Of a stretch of DNA of 40,171 nucleotides, positions 28,769 to 38,712 are shown piece after piece. Positions within the stretch are counted from its first letter, which is position 1; every line of letters starts with the position of its first letter. The position numbers were made by a program, and so were the translations under genes. Source of the stretch: Acidimicrobiia bacterium (lineage in GTDB: Bacteria > Actinomycetota > Acidimicrobiia > Spongiisociales > JAENVV01); NCBI GenBank assembly GCA_041577335.1, contig JBFGJH010000024.1, forward strand, positions 1-40,171, written 5' to 3'. The notes beneath the pieces are model-generated. The model was not told where the DNA came from. It was given only the letters and a program-made list of their open reading frames with translations, and did no database searches.

Positions 28769-28799
28769 CTAACCCCCGACGCTTGGTGTCGGGGGTTAG
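28769..28799. promoter_or_regulatory. Inverted repeat in divergent promoter
   Basis: CTAACCCCCGAC-N7-GTCGGGGGTTAG overlapping the putative -10 of the SDR operon. Confidence 0.55.
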
Positions 28800-28868
28800 T
28801 GGCTGCTTCCCGAACGAGCTCGACCCGATCGGATATCCTGACGACCCCCCGCGAAGGAACCGTGCCAA

Positions 28869-29468
28869 ATGCCGCAAGAGCCGCCCGTAAACCCTGGCGC
28901 CGTGTCTGCTGATCCGGTTACCCGACCTCTCCAGCTGACATCTTCAACAATCCACCCTTCCGCGTTCGTCGCACCAGGTACTCATCTGTTTGGCGATATC
29001 ACCATCGAAGAAGACGCCGTGATCATGTTCGGCACCGTGATGCGGGCCGAGTTCGACCGAATCGTGGTCGGAGCTCGCTCCAACATCCAGGACAACTCGG
29101 TCGTCCACGTCGATGAAGGCGCCCCCTGCATCATCGGCTCGGACGTCACAGTCGGTCACGCGGCGGTAGTCCACGGCGCGACCGTCGGCGATCATTGCCT
29201 GATCGGAATCGGGGCCATCGTGCTGAACAATGCCACGATCGGCGAAGGCGCCTGGGTAGGCGCCGGCTCGTTGGTGCCTGAGGGGAAAGCCATCCCACCG
29301 TGGACTCTGGCTGTTGGCATGCCCGCCAAGCCGATTCGTGGGCTCACCGACGACGAAATCGCCAGCCAGCGAGACGGCGTTGAGCACTATCTTCGCTTCG
29401 CAGCCTCCTACCGCCATCGGTTGGGACCTGCCGGGAATCCTGACGAAGCCGAGGTTGGCACCCGCTAG
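28869..29468 (+). CDS. Gamma carbonic anhydrase family (hexapeptide repeat) protein
   Basis: SNIQDNSVVH, VTVGH.AVVHG; start may lie further downstream. Confidence 0.92.
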   Translation: MPQEPPVNPGAVSADPVTRPLQLTSSTIHPSAFVAPGTHLFGDITIEEDAVIMFGTVMRAEFDRIVVGARSNIQDNSVVHVDEGAPCIIGSDVTVGHAAVVHGATVGDHCLIGIGAIVLNNATIGEGAWVGAGSLVPEGKAIPPWTLAVGMPAKPIRGLTDDEIASQRDGVEHYLRFAASYRHRLGPAGNPDEAEVGTR

Positions 29469-29477
29469 CGTTGCCCG

Positions 29478-30746
29478 ATGGCCGAGCCGACTCCGTCCAG
29501 TCGCATCCCGCCGGGAATCCGGGCTCTCCTCGCGGCCGTATTTGTCGCCCACTTCGGCCTGGCTGCCGTCTTCCCGATCGTCGGCCTTCAGGTATTCCAG
29601 ATGACCGGAAGAGAGCTCGATCTCGGGCTGCTCGGGCTGGCCCAGTTCCTCCCGGTCCTCCTCCTCGCTCCGTTCTCGGGAACGCTCGCCGATCGCTTCG
29701 ATCGTCGGAAAGTGTGGGCAACGGGGCTCGGCCTCGAACTCATAGTCGTGCTCGGGCTCGGCTTCTATATCGGGACAGACCCAACCGCGGTCGGGCCCAT
29801 TTTTCTCCTGATGAGTGCGTTCGGGGTCGCGGCCTCGATCGTCGCACCGGCCAGCCGAGCGCTCCCCATCGATCTATCGCCAATCGACATCGTCTCTCGG
29901 GTGGTGGCTCTCCGCACGTCAGCGTTTCAACTCGCATCGATCACGGCTCCGGTGGTGGCCGCGTGGCTCTTCACTCGTTCACCCGACCTCCCCTACTTCG
30001 TCGCCGCCGGGGCGTACCTGGTCACGTTCGTGCTCCTCACCATCGTTCCCAGACCGAGTGTGCCGACCAAGGCTCGTGCCATCACCGGGCGCCAGGCCAT
30101 CAAGGATGCGTTCGACGGCCTTCGCTTCATCAGACGGACGCCCATTCTGCTGGGCGCAATCAGCCTCGACCTCTTCGCGGTGCTCCTGGGCGGGGCTATT
30201 GCCCTCCTCCCGGCCATCGCCGAGAAGTTGGGAGTGGGCCCGATCGGCTTCGGCTGGCTTCGGGCGGCAGTCGGGATCGGAGCCCTGCTCAGCGCCCTGA
30301 CTCTGGCAGCGAGACCAATGAGGCGCCGAGTGGGTCGCAACCTGCTGATGGCCGTGTCCATCTTCGGAGTCGCCATCATCGTGCTCGGCGCCACACCCAG
30401 CTACCCGGTCGCGTTTGGGGCGCGTCTGGTGGCGGCGAGCGCCGACGCGGTGAGCATGTTCGTCCGATCGACGCTGGTGCCGCTGGCCACGCCCGAGCAG
30501 ATGCGGGGTCGAGTTCTCGCTGTCGAAAACGTTTTCATCGGAGGTTCCAACGAGCTTGGCGCGGTCGAATCCGGCGTGGCAGGCGAGTTGCTGGGCGTCA
30601 CGTGGGCCGTGATAACAGGCGGGCTCGGCACGTTGGTCGTGGTTGGAGCTTGGTGGAAGCTGTTCCCCGACCTCCGCAACGTGGACCGGTTCGATGAGGT
30701 CAGTGCGGCTGTCGCGCCTGCCTCCCCAATGTCGGCTGGGCCCTGA
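29478..30746 (+). CDS. MFS transporter
   Basis: GTLADRFDRRK motif A, multiple TM segments, DLFAVLLGGA.ALLP. Confidence 0.93.
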   Translation: MAEPTPSSRIPPGIRALLAAVFVAHFGLAAVFPIVGLQVFQMTGRELDLGLLGLAQFLPVLLLAPFSGTLADRFDRRKVWATGLGLELIVVLGLGFYIGTDPTAVGPIFLLMSAFGVAASIVAPASRALPIDLSPIDIVSRVVALRTSAFQLASITAPVVAAWLFTRSPDLPYFVAAGAYLVTFVLLTIVPRPSVPTKARAITGRQAIKDAFDGLRFIRRTPILLGAISLDLFAVLLGGAIALLPAIAEKLGVGPIGFGWLRAAVGIGALLSALTLAARPMRRRVGRNLLMAVSIFGVAIIVLGATPSYPVAFGARLVAASADAVSMFVRSTLVPLATPEQMRGRVLAVENVFIGGSNELGAVESGVAGELLGVTWAVITGGLGTLVVVGAWWKLFPDLRNVDRFDEVSAAVAPASPMSAGP

Positions 30747-30759
30747 CGCCCGACGACGC

Positions 30760-31599
30760 TCAACCGATGGACCGGGCGATTCTGCCGACGACGGCCACAT
30801 GACCCGGATCATGTGGAATCGGGAGGTTCACAATCGCCAACTCGACGCCGGCGCCCGCCGCCGAGGCCATAGAGGACGCGAGCTGGTTGGAGTCCTCGGG
30901 ATCGAATCGGAACAGCATCGACCTCGTGATTTCAGATGGGTCCCGACCGACGTTTTGGCAATGCCGTTCGAGCACCGAGCGTTTGTGCTCCCATTGTTGA
31001 AGCTCGAGTGGCGGGGAGTTCCAATGATCGGCCCACTGCGCTGCGGTTCGCAGCGTTCGCTTTTCTCCTCCTCCTCCGATCACGATCGGGGGATGGGGAC
31101 GTTGCGGGCCTTTTGGCTCACATCGGGCATTGGTGAGTTGCACATGCACTCCCGAGAAGGTGGTCTCCTCGTCGCTGAGAAGACCCACGATGGCGGCCAC
31201 GCCTTCGTCGAACATATCCATCCGCTCGCCGAGCGTGGATCCCAGGCTGATCCCGTAGGCATCAGCCTCCTCGCGGTTCCACCCCGCACCGAGCCCCAGT
31301 TCGAAACGGCCATCGGAGATGATGTCGAGGGCGGCAGCCATGTTGGCCAGCACCGCCGGATGCCGGTACGGCATGCCGTTGACCATGGACCCCAGACGAA
31401 GGCGGTCCGTGTCATGGGCAAGCGCCGCCAAGACCGTCCATCCTTCGAGGCAGGGACCCGACGGGTCGGAGAAGATCGGATAGAAGTGATCGAATACCCA
31501 TGCCGATTCGATCGAGTCGTCGTGGTCGGCCGCACGCCATACGGCGAGGAGGTCGGGCCAGGTGGTGTTCTGAGGGTTGGTCTTGATGCCAACGCGCAT
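30760..31599 (-). CDS. LLM class F420-dependent oxidoreductase
   Basis: WVFDHF, YRHPAVLANMAAALD.IS.GR.ELGLGAGW, IGGGGEKRTL. Confidence 0.92.
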   Translation of the reverse strand: MRVGIKTNPQNTTWPDLLAVWRAADHDDSIESAWVFDHFYPIFSDPSGPCLEGWTVLAALAHDTDRLRLGSMVNGMPYRHPAVLANMAAALDIISDGRFELGLGAGWNREEADAYGISLGSTLGERMDMFDEGVAAIVGLLSDEETTFSGVHVQLTNARCEPKGPQRPHPPIVIGGGGEKRTLRTAAQWADHWNSPPLELQQWEHKRSVLERHCQNVGRDPSEITRSMLFRFDPEDSNQLASSMASAAGAGVELAIVNLPIPHDPGHVAVVGRIARSIG

Positions 31600-31771
31600 T
31601 GCGCCTTCCTTCGAAACGTCGATCGCCGACCCTACCGGCTGCAGGGACCCGGCGGCCGGCCGCGTCGGGTCGAAGGGCCCTCACTCGCCGCGGTGGAGGC
31701 CTTGTGCTCTATCGACCGCCGGCACGCTGCCGGATACTGGAGATGTCCACGGCAGCAATGAGGAGTGGGAA

Positions 31772-31972
31772 ATGCAGGTCAAGTTCTTCTCCAGGGTCGG
31801 ACTGAGTGGTAGCTACAAACCTGCTCATCACCAAGACCTGGAGAACGAGGTCAACGAGTGGCTGGCAGCCAACCCCGACATCTCGGTCGTTGACATATCA
31901 CTGTCAGTGAGCGGAGGTAGTTTCAACCGCCCTCAGGTCTTCGTCTCGGTGATCTATGAACGCGCCGAGTGA
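31772..31972 (+). CDS. Small protein (66 aa), Cse60-like pattern
   Basis: AGGAG RBS; MQVKFF..DLENEVNEWL..NPDI.VVDI....VSVIYE. Confidence 0.7.
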   Translation: MQVKFFSRVGLSGSYKPAHHQDLENEVNEWLAANPDISVVDISLSVSGGSFNRPQVFVSVIYERAE

Positions 31973-32295
31973 GGCTTCCGACGCAGGCAGATCATCTCCA
32001 AAAACCCCCGCTGAGGCTGCATTTTCGCGCACTTTTTCGCGATGTTGCACGCCTCGGGTTTTCGGTGTACGTTGGCATCAGCAAGGTCCAAGTGGCGTTG
32101 GACGGGCGCTGGATGTTTTCCGGCTGAGAGAAGGCAAGTGAGCCTGAGACCGTAATACCTGTCTGGGTAATTCCGGGTGGGGATACAAGTCAGTTGGGCC
32201 TTGCGCTTTAAGTGCCGACCCGATCGATGATTCTCGCGTCGGACTACCCGCACGACGACCCACTATTGGCTCGGCGCCACGCGACCGGAGGAACC

Positions 32296-32699
32296 GTGCC
32301 CGCATCGAACACCGCCATCATCGATGAGTTTCGCGCCAACAAAGGGATGTTGGAGGTGCCTTCGATGGCAAGCCGGTTCTTCTGCTCCACCACATCGGAG
32401 CCAAGACCGGCACCAAGCGGGTCAATCCGTTGATGTACCGTCGGGAAGGCGACACGTTCTACGTGTTCGCAACGAAAGCCGGAGCTGACACCCATCCGGA
32501 TTGGTATCACCATCTCAAGGCGAACCCCGCCGCCGCGATTGAGGTCGGCGCTGAGCGCTTTGCGGTCGTGGCCAGCGAGATAGAGGGTGGTGAGCGCGAC
32601 CGCATCTACCAATCCCACGCCGCCAGCTTCCCCCAATTCGCCGATTATCAGGCGGGCACCATCAGAACTATTCCGGTCTTCGCTCTCGTACCCACTTGA
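32296..32699 (+). pseudogene. Deazaflavin (F420)-dependent nitroreductase family gene, frameshifted
   Basis: GTG 32296 (GGAGG RBS) gives NTAIIDEFRANKG; the conserved VGGAFDGKPVLLLHHIGAKTG..R.NPL..PDWYH.LKANP continues in another frame from ~32349. Confidence 0.85.
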
Positions 32700-32809
32700 G
32701 CCCGGCGGCTCCACAGCGAAGCGATCGCAAATGATTACAGCCCGGATATGACCTAGGCCTCTGGTGGCCCGATCACCCTCGACGTATCGTTCCTCTTGAA
32801 AGGAGCGAC

Positions 32810-33310
32810 ATGCGCATACTCGTCACGTTCGGAACCAAACTGGGTGGCACAACCGGCATTGCTGAAACGATCGCGGCGGTCTTGCGTTCTGACGGCCATG
32901 ACGTCGATCTTCTGCCCGCCAAGGCCCGCATCCAGACCGATGCCTACGAGGCCGTGATCGTTGGCGGCGCTCTCTACGCCAACCGCTGGCACAAGGACGC
33001 ACGAAGATTCATCACCCGCAACCGCGCACAACTGGCCGGGCGACCGGTGTGGCTGTTCTCGAGCGGGCCGCTCGATGACTCCGCCTCAGAGGGAACCATT
33101 GCCCCGACCAACCAAGTTGCCCGTCTGATGGATCTGGTGGGCGCCCGGGGCCACATGACGTTCGGTGGCAGGCTCGAGCCCGACGTCAAGGGATTCCCGG
33201 CCGCCGCCATGGCGAGAGAAAACTCAGGGGACTGGCGAGATGATGACCAGATCCGAGCTTGGGCGCACGCGGTGTCGGCATCGCTGGTAGGGGCCCCAAC
33301 CGGGTTGTAG
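32810..33310 (+). CDS. Flavodoxin-domain protein (HemG-like)
   Basis: ILVTFGTKLGGTTGIAE, VWLFSSGP, FGGRL, GDWRD; AAGGAG RBS. Confidence 0.9.
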   Translation: MRILVTFGTKLGGTTGIAETIAAVLRSDGHDVDLLPAKARIQTDAYEAVIVGGALYANRWHKDARRFITRNRAQLAGRPVWLFSSGPLDDSASEGTIAPTNQVARLMDLVGARGHMTFGGRLEPDVKGFPAAAMARENSGDWRDDDQIRAWAHAVSASLVGAPTGL

Positions 33311-33570
33311 TCCCGCCCGCAACGTCGACTGAGGACCAGACCACACCTTCCCTGCTGTCCGCACCGTCGACTGGCAGTTCACCGCGTCGGCGGGCATGGA
33401 CGCCGTAGCGGTCCGACCCATTCGCGATGAATCGAGCGCCCCCATCCTGGACCTTGGAGTCGCAGCCGAAGCATGACGACTCGAGTCGTGGGCGGGTCTC
33501 TGAGTTCCGGCTCGCCGCCGTCTTGTCCCAACCAGGCTTCACATCGGCCCAACCTGCCTAGCATCCAACC

Positions 33571-35376
33571 ATGTTCAGAGGGCCCAGGAGCCGCCGAGTC
33601 GGCACTGATGACGCACGCCAACCCATCGATCGCCAGGCTTTCGGTCAACTGAGACGCCTGGCACCGTTCGTACGACCGTACCGAGGAGCCCTGGGCATCG
33701 CCTTGGTCGGCGTCATCTTCGCTTCGGCCCTCGGCCTGGTCTATCCGGGCGTGCTCGGCAGGCTCGTCGACACGGCGCTGAGCACCGATGCCGAAGCCTC
33801 AAACCTCGACCTGATCGCTCTCGGCCTCCTGGCGGTGTTTGCGCTTCAAGCGGGCTTCAATGCCGTGCGCATCTACTTCCTCGGAATCATGGGTGAGGGC
33901 GTTGTCGCCGACCTCCGGAAGGCCACCTACACCCACCTCATGACGCTGCCGGTGAAGTTTTTCGACAATCGCAAGACTGGCGAGATCACCTCTCGGCTCA
34001 CGTCAGACGTTGCCGTGCTCCAAGCGACGGTCTCGACTGCACTGGCTCAAGCACTCGCCCAAGGCGTAACGTTCATCGGCGGAGTCATCCTCATGTTCTT
34101 GGTGAGCCTCCGCTTGTCACTCACGGTGCTCTCGTTCTTGCCAATAGCCATCGTGGCCGCCGCCTTCTTTGGCCGCCGCCTCCGAAGAATTTCGACCGAG
34201 TTCCAGGACCGCGTCGCCGATGCCAACTCTTACGCAGAGGAAGCAATAGCAGCCAACCGGGTGGTCAAATGGTTCACGTTCGAGCGGGCGGAAATCGAAC
34301 GTTATGGCAACGCAGTCGATGCGTCATATCGGGTCGCCAAGCGCCGAGCTCGCATTCAGGCGTGGTTCACACCATTGGTCACTTTCGTGGGCTTCGGCAC
34401 CCTGGCAGTGGTCTTCTGGGTTGGTGGGCGCCAAGTGATTACCGGGACGATGACCACGGGCGACCTCGTCACGTTCCTGCTCTACACGATCATCGTTGCG
34501 GGTGCCATCGGCACGTTCACCGGGCTCTACAGCCAGCTCCAGAGCTCGTTGGGAGCCTCGAAGCGAGTGTTTGAGATCATGGATGAGCGGTCGGATATAT
34601 TCGAGTCACCCACGCCGACCGCGCTCGGTCCTGTTGAGGGGCGAGTGACCTTCGACGCCGTCGCCTTCGCGTATGACGATCGTGATACCCCCGTCTTGAC
34701 GGGTGTGACGCTCGACGTCAAGCCCGGCGAAACCGTTGCGTTGGTCGGGCCGTCTGGCGCAGGCAAGAGCACACTGGTCCAACTCGTGCCCCGATTCTTT
34801 GACCCCAACCGCGGCCGGGTTTGCCTCGACGGCGTCGATCTGGTCGATCTCCGGATCTCGGACATCCGCCACTCGATGGCCGCCGTCCCCCAAGAGACGC
34901 AGCTGTTCTCCGGGTCGATCGCCGATAACCTTCGTGTCGGAAGGCCCGACGCGACCGGCGCTGAGCTCGAGATTGCAGCAACAGCAGCCAACGCCCACGA
35001 GTTCATAGCCGGATTCCCTGACGGCTATGACACCATCGTCGGCGAACGCGGCGTCAAACTGTCGGGCGGTCAGCGCCAACGCGTTGCCATCGCTCGAGCC
35101 CTCCTCAAGGATCCTCGCGTTCTGATTCTCGACGAAGCCACCAGTTCGCTCGACTCCGAGTCGGAAGGCCTGGTGCAAGATGCTCTCGATCGGCTGATGG
35201 TCGGCAGGACCACGTTCGTCATCGCCCACCGCCTGTCAACGATCCGCGACGCCGATCGCATCCTGGTCATTGCCGACGGGCGCGTCGCCGAGGAAGGATC
35301 CCACGATCAGTTGCTCGGCATGGGCGGGCTGTACGCGGACCTCTATGCGCGCCAACTCGAGGATGAACCGGCCTAA
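33571..35376 (+). CDS. ABC exporter, fused permease/ATPase
   Basis: N-terminal TMD, GPSGAGKS, LSGGQRQR, ILDEATS, IAHRLS. Confidence 0.96.
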   Translation: MFRGPRSRRVGTDDARQPIDRQAFGQLRRLAPFVRPYRGALGIALVGVIFASALGLVYPGVLGRLVDTALSTDAEASNLDLIALGLLAVFALQAGFNAVRIYFLGIMGEGVVADLRKATYTHLMTLPVKFFDNRKTGEITSRLTSDVAVLQATVSTALAQALAQGVTFIGGVILMFLVSLRLSLTVLSFLPIAIVAAAFFGRRLRRISTEFQDRVADANSYAEEAIAANRVVKWFTFERAEIERYGNAVDASYRVAKRRARIQAWFTPLVTFVGFGTLAVVFWVGGRQVITGTMTTGDLVTFLLYTIIVAGAIGTFTGLYSQLQSSLGASKRVFEIMDERSDIFESPTPTALGPVEGRVTFDAVAFAYDDRDTPVLTGVTLDVKPGETVALVGPSGAGKSTLVQLVPRFFDPNRGRVCLDGVDLVDLRISDIRHSMAAVPQETQLFSGSIADNLRVGRPDATGAELEIAATAANAHEFIAGFPDGYDTIVGERGVKLSGGQRQRVAIARALLKDPRVLILDEATSSLDSESEGLVQDALDRLMVGRTTFVIAHRLSTIRDADRILVIADGRVAEEGSHDQLLGMGGLYADLYARQLEDEPA

Positions 35377-35491
35377 CCGCGGGATACAGGCGGCGATCGC
35401 CTGCGGAATTGGGGCCAACGCCTCTGGAAGGACCAGCGCGAACCACCCAAACTGGTGAAGTACTCATCCGTCGAGTGCGAGGAGGTGCCTC

Positions 35492-36019
35492 ATGTGGAGG
35501 CGAATCGTGAAGTGGGGCGGTGGCTTGCTCATTGCGGTCGCTGCGATCCAGGTACTGGTCACCGTGGCGGTCCGTACCAAGTTTCCGCCCTTCATCGATG
35601 CTCTCAGGTGGCTCAACCGGGCGGTTATCAACCCCCGAGTGATTGAGCGCTCCGGCAGGCCGGGGTCATACGCATCGGTGATCCACCATCAGGGTCGCCA
35701 GACGGGCACGCCATATTCGACTCCCGTGGTAGCAGAGCCGACAGCGGAAGGATTCGTGGTGCCTCTCCCCTACGGCACCAAAGTCGACTGGCTGCAGAAT
35801 GTGCTCGCCTCGGGTCGAGCTTCAATCGTGAGCAACGGCATCACGTATCCGGTTGATCATGCTGAGTTGGTCCCTGCTGCGGTCGCGGAACCTCACATTC
35901 CTGCAGGCTTTCAGGAGCGCCTGCGTTTCTATGGTGTCAGCCACTACCTGCGCGTACGGCATGCCGTCGACGAAACGGTCAACAAGGCAGCAGAAGAGCC
36001 GATTGCCGTCTTGGCGTGA
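35492..36019 (+). CDS. Deazaflavin-dependent oxidoreductase-like protein with N-terminal TM segment
   Basis: H.GRQTG.PY.TPV, LPYG..VDWLQNVLA.G; GGAGG RBS. Confidence 0.8.
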   Translation: MWRRIVKWGGGLLIAVAAIQVLVTVAVRTKFPPFIDALRWLNRAVINPRVIERSGRPGSYASVIHHQGRQTGTPYSTPVVAEPTAEGFVVPLPYGTKVDWLQNVLASGRASIVSNGITYPVDHAELVPAAVAEPHIPAGFQERLRFYGVSHYLRVRHAVDETVNKAAEEPIAVLA

Positions 36020-36226
36020 CACAACCCGCTCGCTCGAGCGAAGGCGCGCCTCTCGGAGGGGGTTCGCCTGTTGGAAACCAATTGACCATCCCACGATGTT
36101 TCACAAGGGTTCTCCTACGGCTTCCTGCCGGAGCGTTGGTTCGACCGGCGGAAACTCGAGCGAACCCGACACCGGCGATGAACGAGCCGGACGATGGGCA
36201 GCGACCCGCGACGCTCGACAGGCCGC

Positions 36227-36874
36227 TCAGTAAGTGAGCGACGGGTACCAATCGCCGCGCCCTTCGGCGGTGAGATCGAGAAGATGCCACACGGGTGAGA
36301 ACAGATCGAGCCCGCGCTCGTGCATCGTGTCGGAAAGCTGCGGCCGCGCCGAATAGGCGTGGATAAGCGTGTCATCCCGGAGGGCAATCACCGAGATCGT
36401 CGGATATTGATCGCCCGCCTCGTTTTCGCTTCCGAGGTCGCGTTTGAATGTGTTTGACCGGGCGCTGAAGAGTGGGATATTCGTCCAGTCTCTCGCCTCG
36501 GCGTGCGCGGCGATGGCGTCGGGATCGGCAGCTGCTACGACGACAAAGTCGGCCCGCTGTGCCACATGGGGGTAGATGGCATCAAACCCGTCGATCCACA
36601 TCGTGCACATCGGGCACGGTTGGGTCTGCGCCTTGCCGTACATGAGGTGATAGACGATAAGACTCCGATCGGAGACCAGTTCGGTCAGTTTCATCTCCGT
36701 GCCGGTTCTGGCGTTCTCGAACGTGTAGTCGTCGAGGGCGGTGTCGAGGGGCAGCTCCCTTCGGAGACGCGCCACCTTTTCCCGCTGCAGGGCCAGGTCT
36801 CGCTCGGCGTCGAGCAGGGCCTTGCGCTTTGCCACGAAGCCGAACGACTCGTTCAGTAGGGTGTTTGGGTCCAT
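36227..36874 (-). CDS. DUF899 family thioredoxin-like protein
   Basis: RRELP, LIVYHLMY, CPMCT, LLDLT.EGR; TACAAT 6 nt before the ATG. Confidence 0.88.
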   Translation of the reverse strand: MDPNTLLNESFGFVAKRKALLDAERDLALQREKVARLRRELPLDTALDDYTFENARTGTEMKLTELVSDRSLIVYHLMYGKAQTQPCPMCTMWIDGFDAIYPHVAQRADFVVVAAADPDAIAAHAEARDWTNIPLFSARSNTFKRDLGSENEAGDQYPTISVIALRDDTLIHAYSARPQLSDTMHERGLDLFSPVWHLLDLTAEGRGDWYPSLTY

Positions 36875-36968
36875 GGATGCATTGTAGGGATCGCCCATCC
36901 GGTCGGAACTTTCCCACGCGCGCCTGTGTCAAAACAAGTAAGACAAGGGGAATACCGAAAGGAGCGAC

Positions 36969-37622
36969 GTGTCGTTTTTTGAGAATCTGGTAGACGGGTT
37001 GATAGAAATCGGGAGCAGCATCGCTGCATTCCTGCCAAAGCTGATCGGCGCCATTCTGATCCTGCTCGTGGGATTGTGGATCGCGCGAATCTTCCGAAAT
37101 GTGATCAGGCGACTGCTCGATAGGCCCGCGGTCGACAACGTGCTCGACAGGGCAGGTATCGGCCCAGTTCTCAAGGAAGCCGGCTACTCAGGCGCCAGCT
37201 TCATTGCCTACCTGGTCTATATCATCTTGGCGTTGACCGTCGTGGTCCTCGCTGCCGATGTCTTGGATGTCGAAGTCATCGCCGACCTTCTGGCAGGGCT
37301 CGTTGCCTTCTTGCCCAAGGTCTTGGCCGCGATCTTCATCGTTGTCGTAGCGGCCGCCTTTGGCGGATTCGTCGCTGACTTTGCCCGTCCCTGGGCAAAC
37401 AATCGTGGCGTGCCGTGGGTGAGCGTGGCCGCTCGGTGGGCATTCATCATCTTCGGTATCGCGACCGCACTCAACGTGCTGGATATCGGAACGGTCACCA
37501 ACCGGATGATCGAATTCGGTTTGGGTGCCGTTGCGGTGGCATTTGCCATCGCCTTCGGTATCGGTGGCATCGACACCGCCAAGAAATGGTGGGAAGCCAA
37601 GCTCGCTCCGTCCAACGAGTAG
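36969..37622 (+). CDS. Membrane protein with MscS/CmpX-type TM-helix repeats
   Basis: Duplicated AFLPKLIGA / AFLPKVLAA, AIAFGIGG; AAGGAG RBS. Confidence 0.8.
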   Translation: MSFFENLVDGLIEIGSSIAAFLPKLIGAILILLVGLWIARIFRNVIRRLLDRPAVDNVLDRAGIGPVLKEAGYSGASFIAYLVYIILALTVVVLAADVLDVEVIADLLAGLVAFLPKVLAAIFIVVVAAAFGGFVADFARPWANNRGVPWVSVAARWAFIIFGIATALNVLDIGTVTNRMIEFGLGAVAVAFAIAFGIGGIDTAKKWWEAKLAPSNE

Positions 37623-37638
37623 CCACCCCAACAGCTAT

Positions 37639-37669
37639 GCAAGAGGGCGGCCATTGGCCGCCCTCTTGC
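37639..37669 (+). terminator. Terminator-like hairpin
   Basis: GCAAGAGGGCGGCC-ATT-GGCCGCCCTCTTGC perfect 14-bp stem just after stop 37622. Confidence 0.75.
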
Positions 37670-37869
37670 GTGCTTCGATGAACGGGGAACTTTTTCGACC
37701 CAGCGGTGTCGTCCTGGTGAGAGGGTAGGGAGGAATCGCAGTGGTCACCCACGGCGCAGGGAAGAATCGCCGGCATCGCACGGGCAGGAAGCGCGCACCG
37801 GGCCGGGACGTCTCCCGCCGCACGAAGGAACATGTTTCACTGAATCGGAGCGTCGACCGGCGCTCCGAG

Positions 37870-38109
37870 GTGAATCTCTCCCCCAGTGGTCGCGTCGTCT
37901 TCGGCGTTGTCGCCAGTGTTGCGGCAATTGCCATCGCAGCCTTGACTCTCGATGGTCGCTACGCAGACGTAAACGTCCTTTTGGCCGTCGTGCCTCGACT
38001 GATCGCGGTGGCCTTCATCCTGGTGGGTGCATCGGCCGTCGCCGTCGCCATCGCGTTCGCACTCGGCAACGTCGAGGTCGCCGAAAGGACCAAAAGCCAC
38101 CACGACTGA
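37870..38109 (+). CDS. Small hypothetical 2-TM membrane protein
   Basis: Two hydrophobic segments; start uncertain. Confidence 0.5.
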   Translation: MNLSPSGRVVFGVVASVAAIAIAALTLDGRYADVNVLLAVVPRLIAVAFILVGASAVAVAIAFALGNVEVAERTKSHHD

Positions 38110-38204
38110 GGTCGAGTCGGTTCAAGAACGGAACAATCGTCCATGGCGTACCCGCGATGTGCCCTGGGCGTCCCTGCCTCCACCCGCTCGACTCACCCAC
38201 CGAG

Positions 38205-38642
38205 ATGTCAACGACGCATCAGCCGGCGATCGAACTGAATGGGCTGACGAAATCCTTGGGCTCGCTCACGGCGGTCGACCACCTGTCGTTTTCCGTCGCC
38301 CGCGGAGAGATCTTCGGGCGGCTTGGCCCGAACGGAGCCGGGAAGACCACCACGATCGGCATTCTGCTCGGACTCCTCAAACCGACATCGGGAATGGCAC
38401 GCGTGCTCGGGAACGATGTCGCCACCGAGCGGCAGCTGATCCGGGAGAGGATCGGGGTGCTGCTCGAGGATGACGGCATCTACGAGCAGTTGACCGCCTT
38501 CGACAATCTGGAGGTCTTTGGCCGCGTCTGGGGAATCCCACCTGGCGAGCGCTGCGCACGCGCGCGAGCGCTGCTGACCGATATGGGCCTTTCCGACCTG
38601 GCAGAGCAGCGCTTCACTCGCCACCGGCTTACGGAACGGTGA
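38205..38642 (+). pseudogene. Truncated ABC transporter ATP-binding gene
   Basis: Walker A GPNGAGKTT present; ORF ends before the signature motif, Walker B and H-loop; no permease follows. Confidence 0.8.
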
Positions 38643-38712
38643 TCGTCGGCCGCAAAATAGGAGTCGAGCGGCCCTACCGGAACTAGCGGCCCACCGATAG
38701 CGTCCAAGCATT

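Noticed and set aside
29471..31761. Long ORFs 29471-30697 and 30643-31761 (also 10295-11518, 16841-17629)
   Set aside because: Arg-rich alternative-frame or antisense shadows of well-supported genes
31973..32295. 320-bp intergenic stretch as ncRNA or IS remnant
   Set aside because: No recognisable structure, terminal repeats or coding motif
33311..33570. Possible decayed cupin-like gene on minus strand (VQDGGARFIANG / MPADAVN)
   Set aside because: Too short and degenerate to support without a profile search
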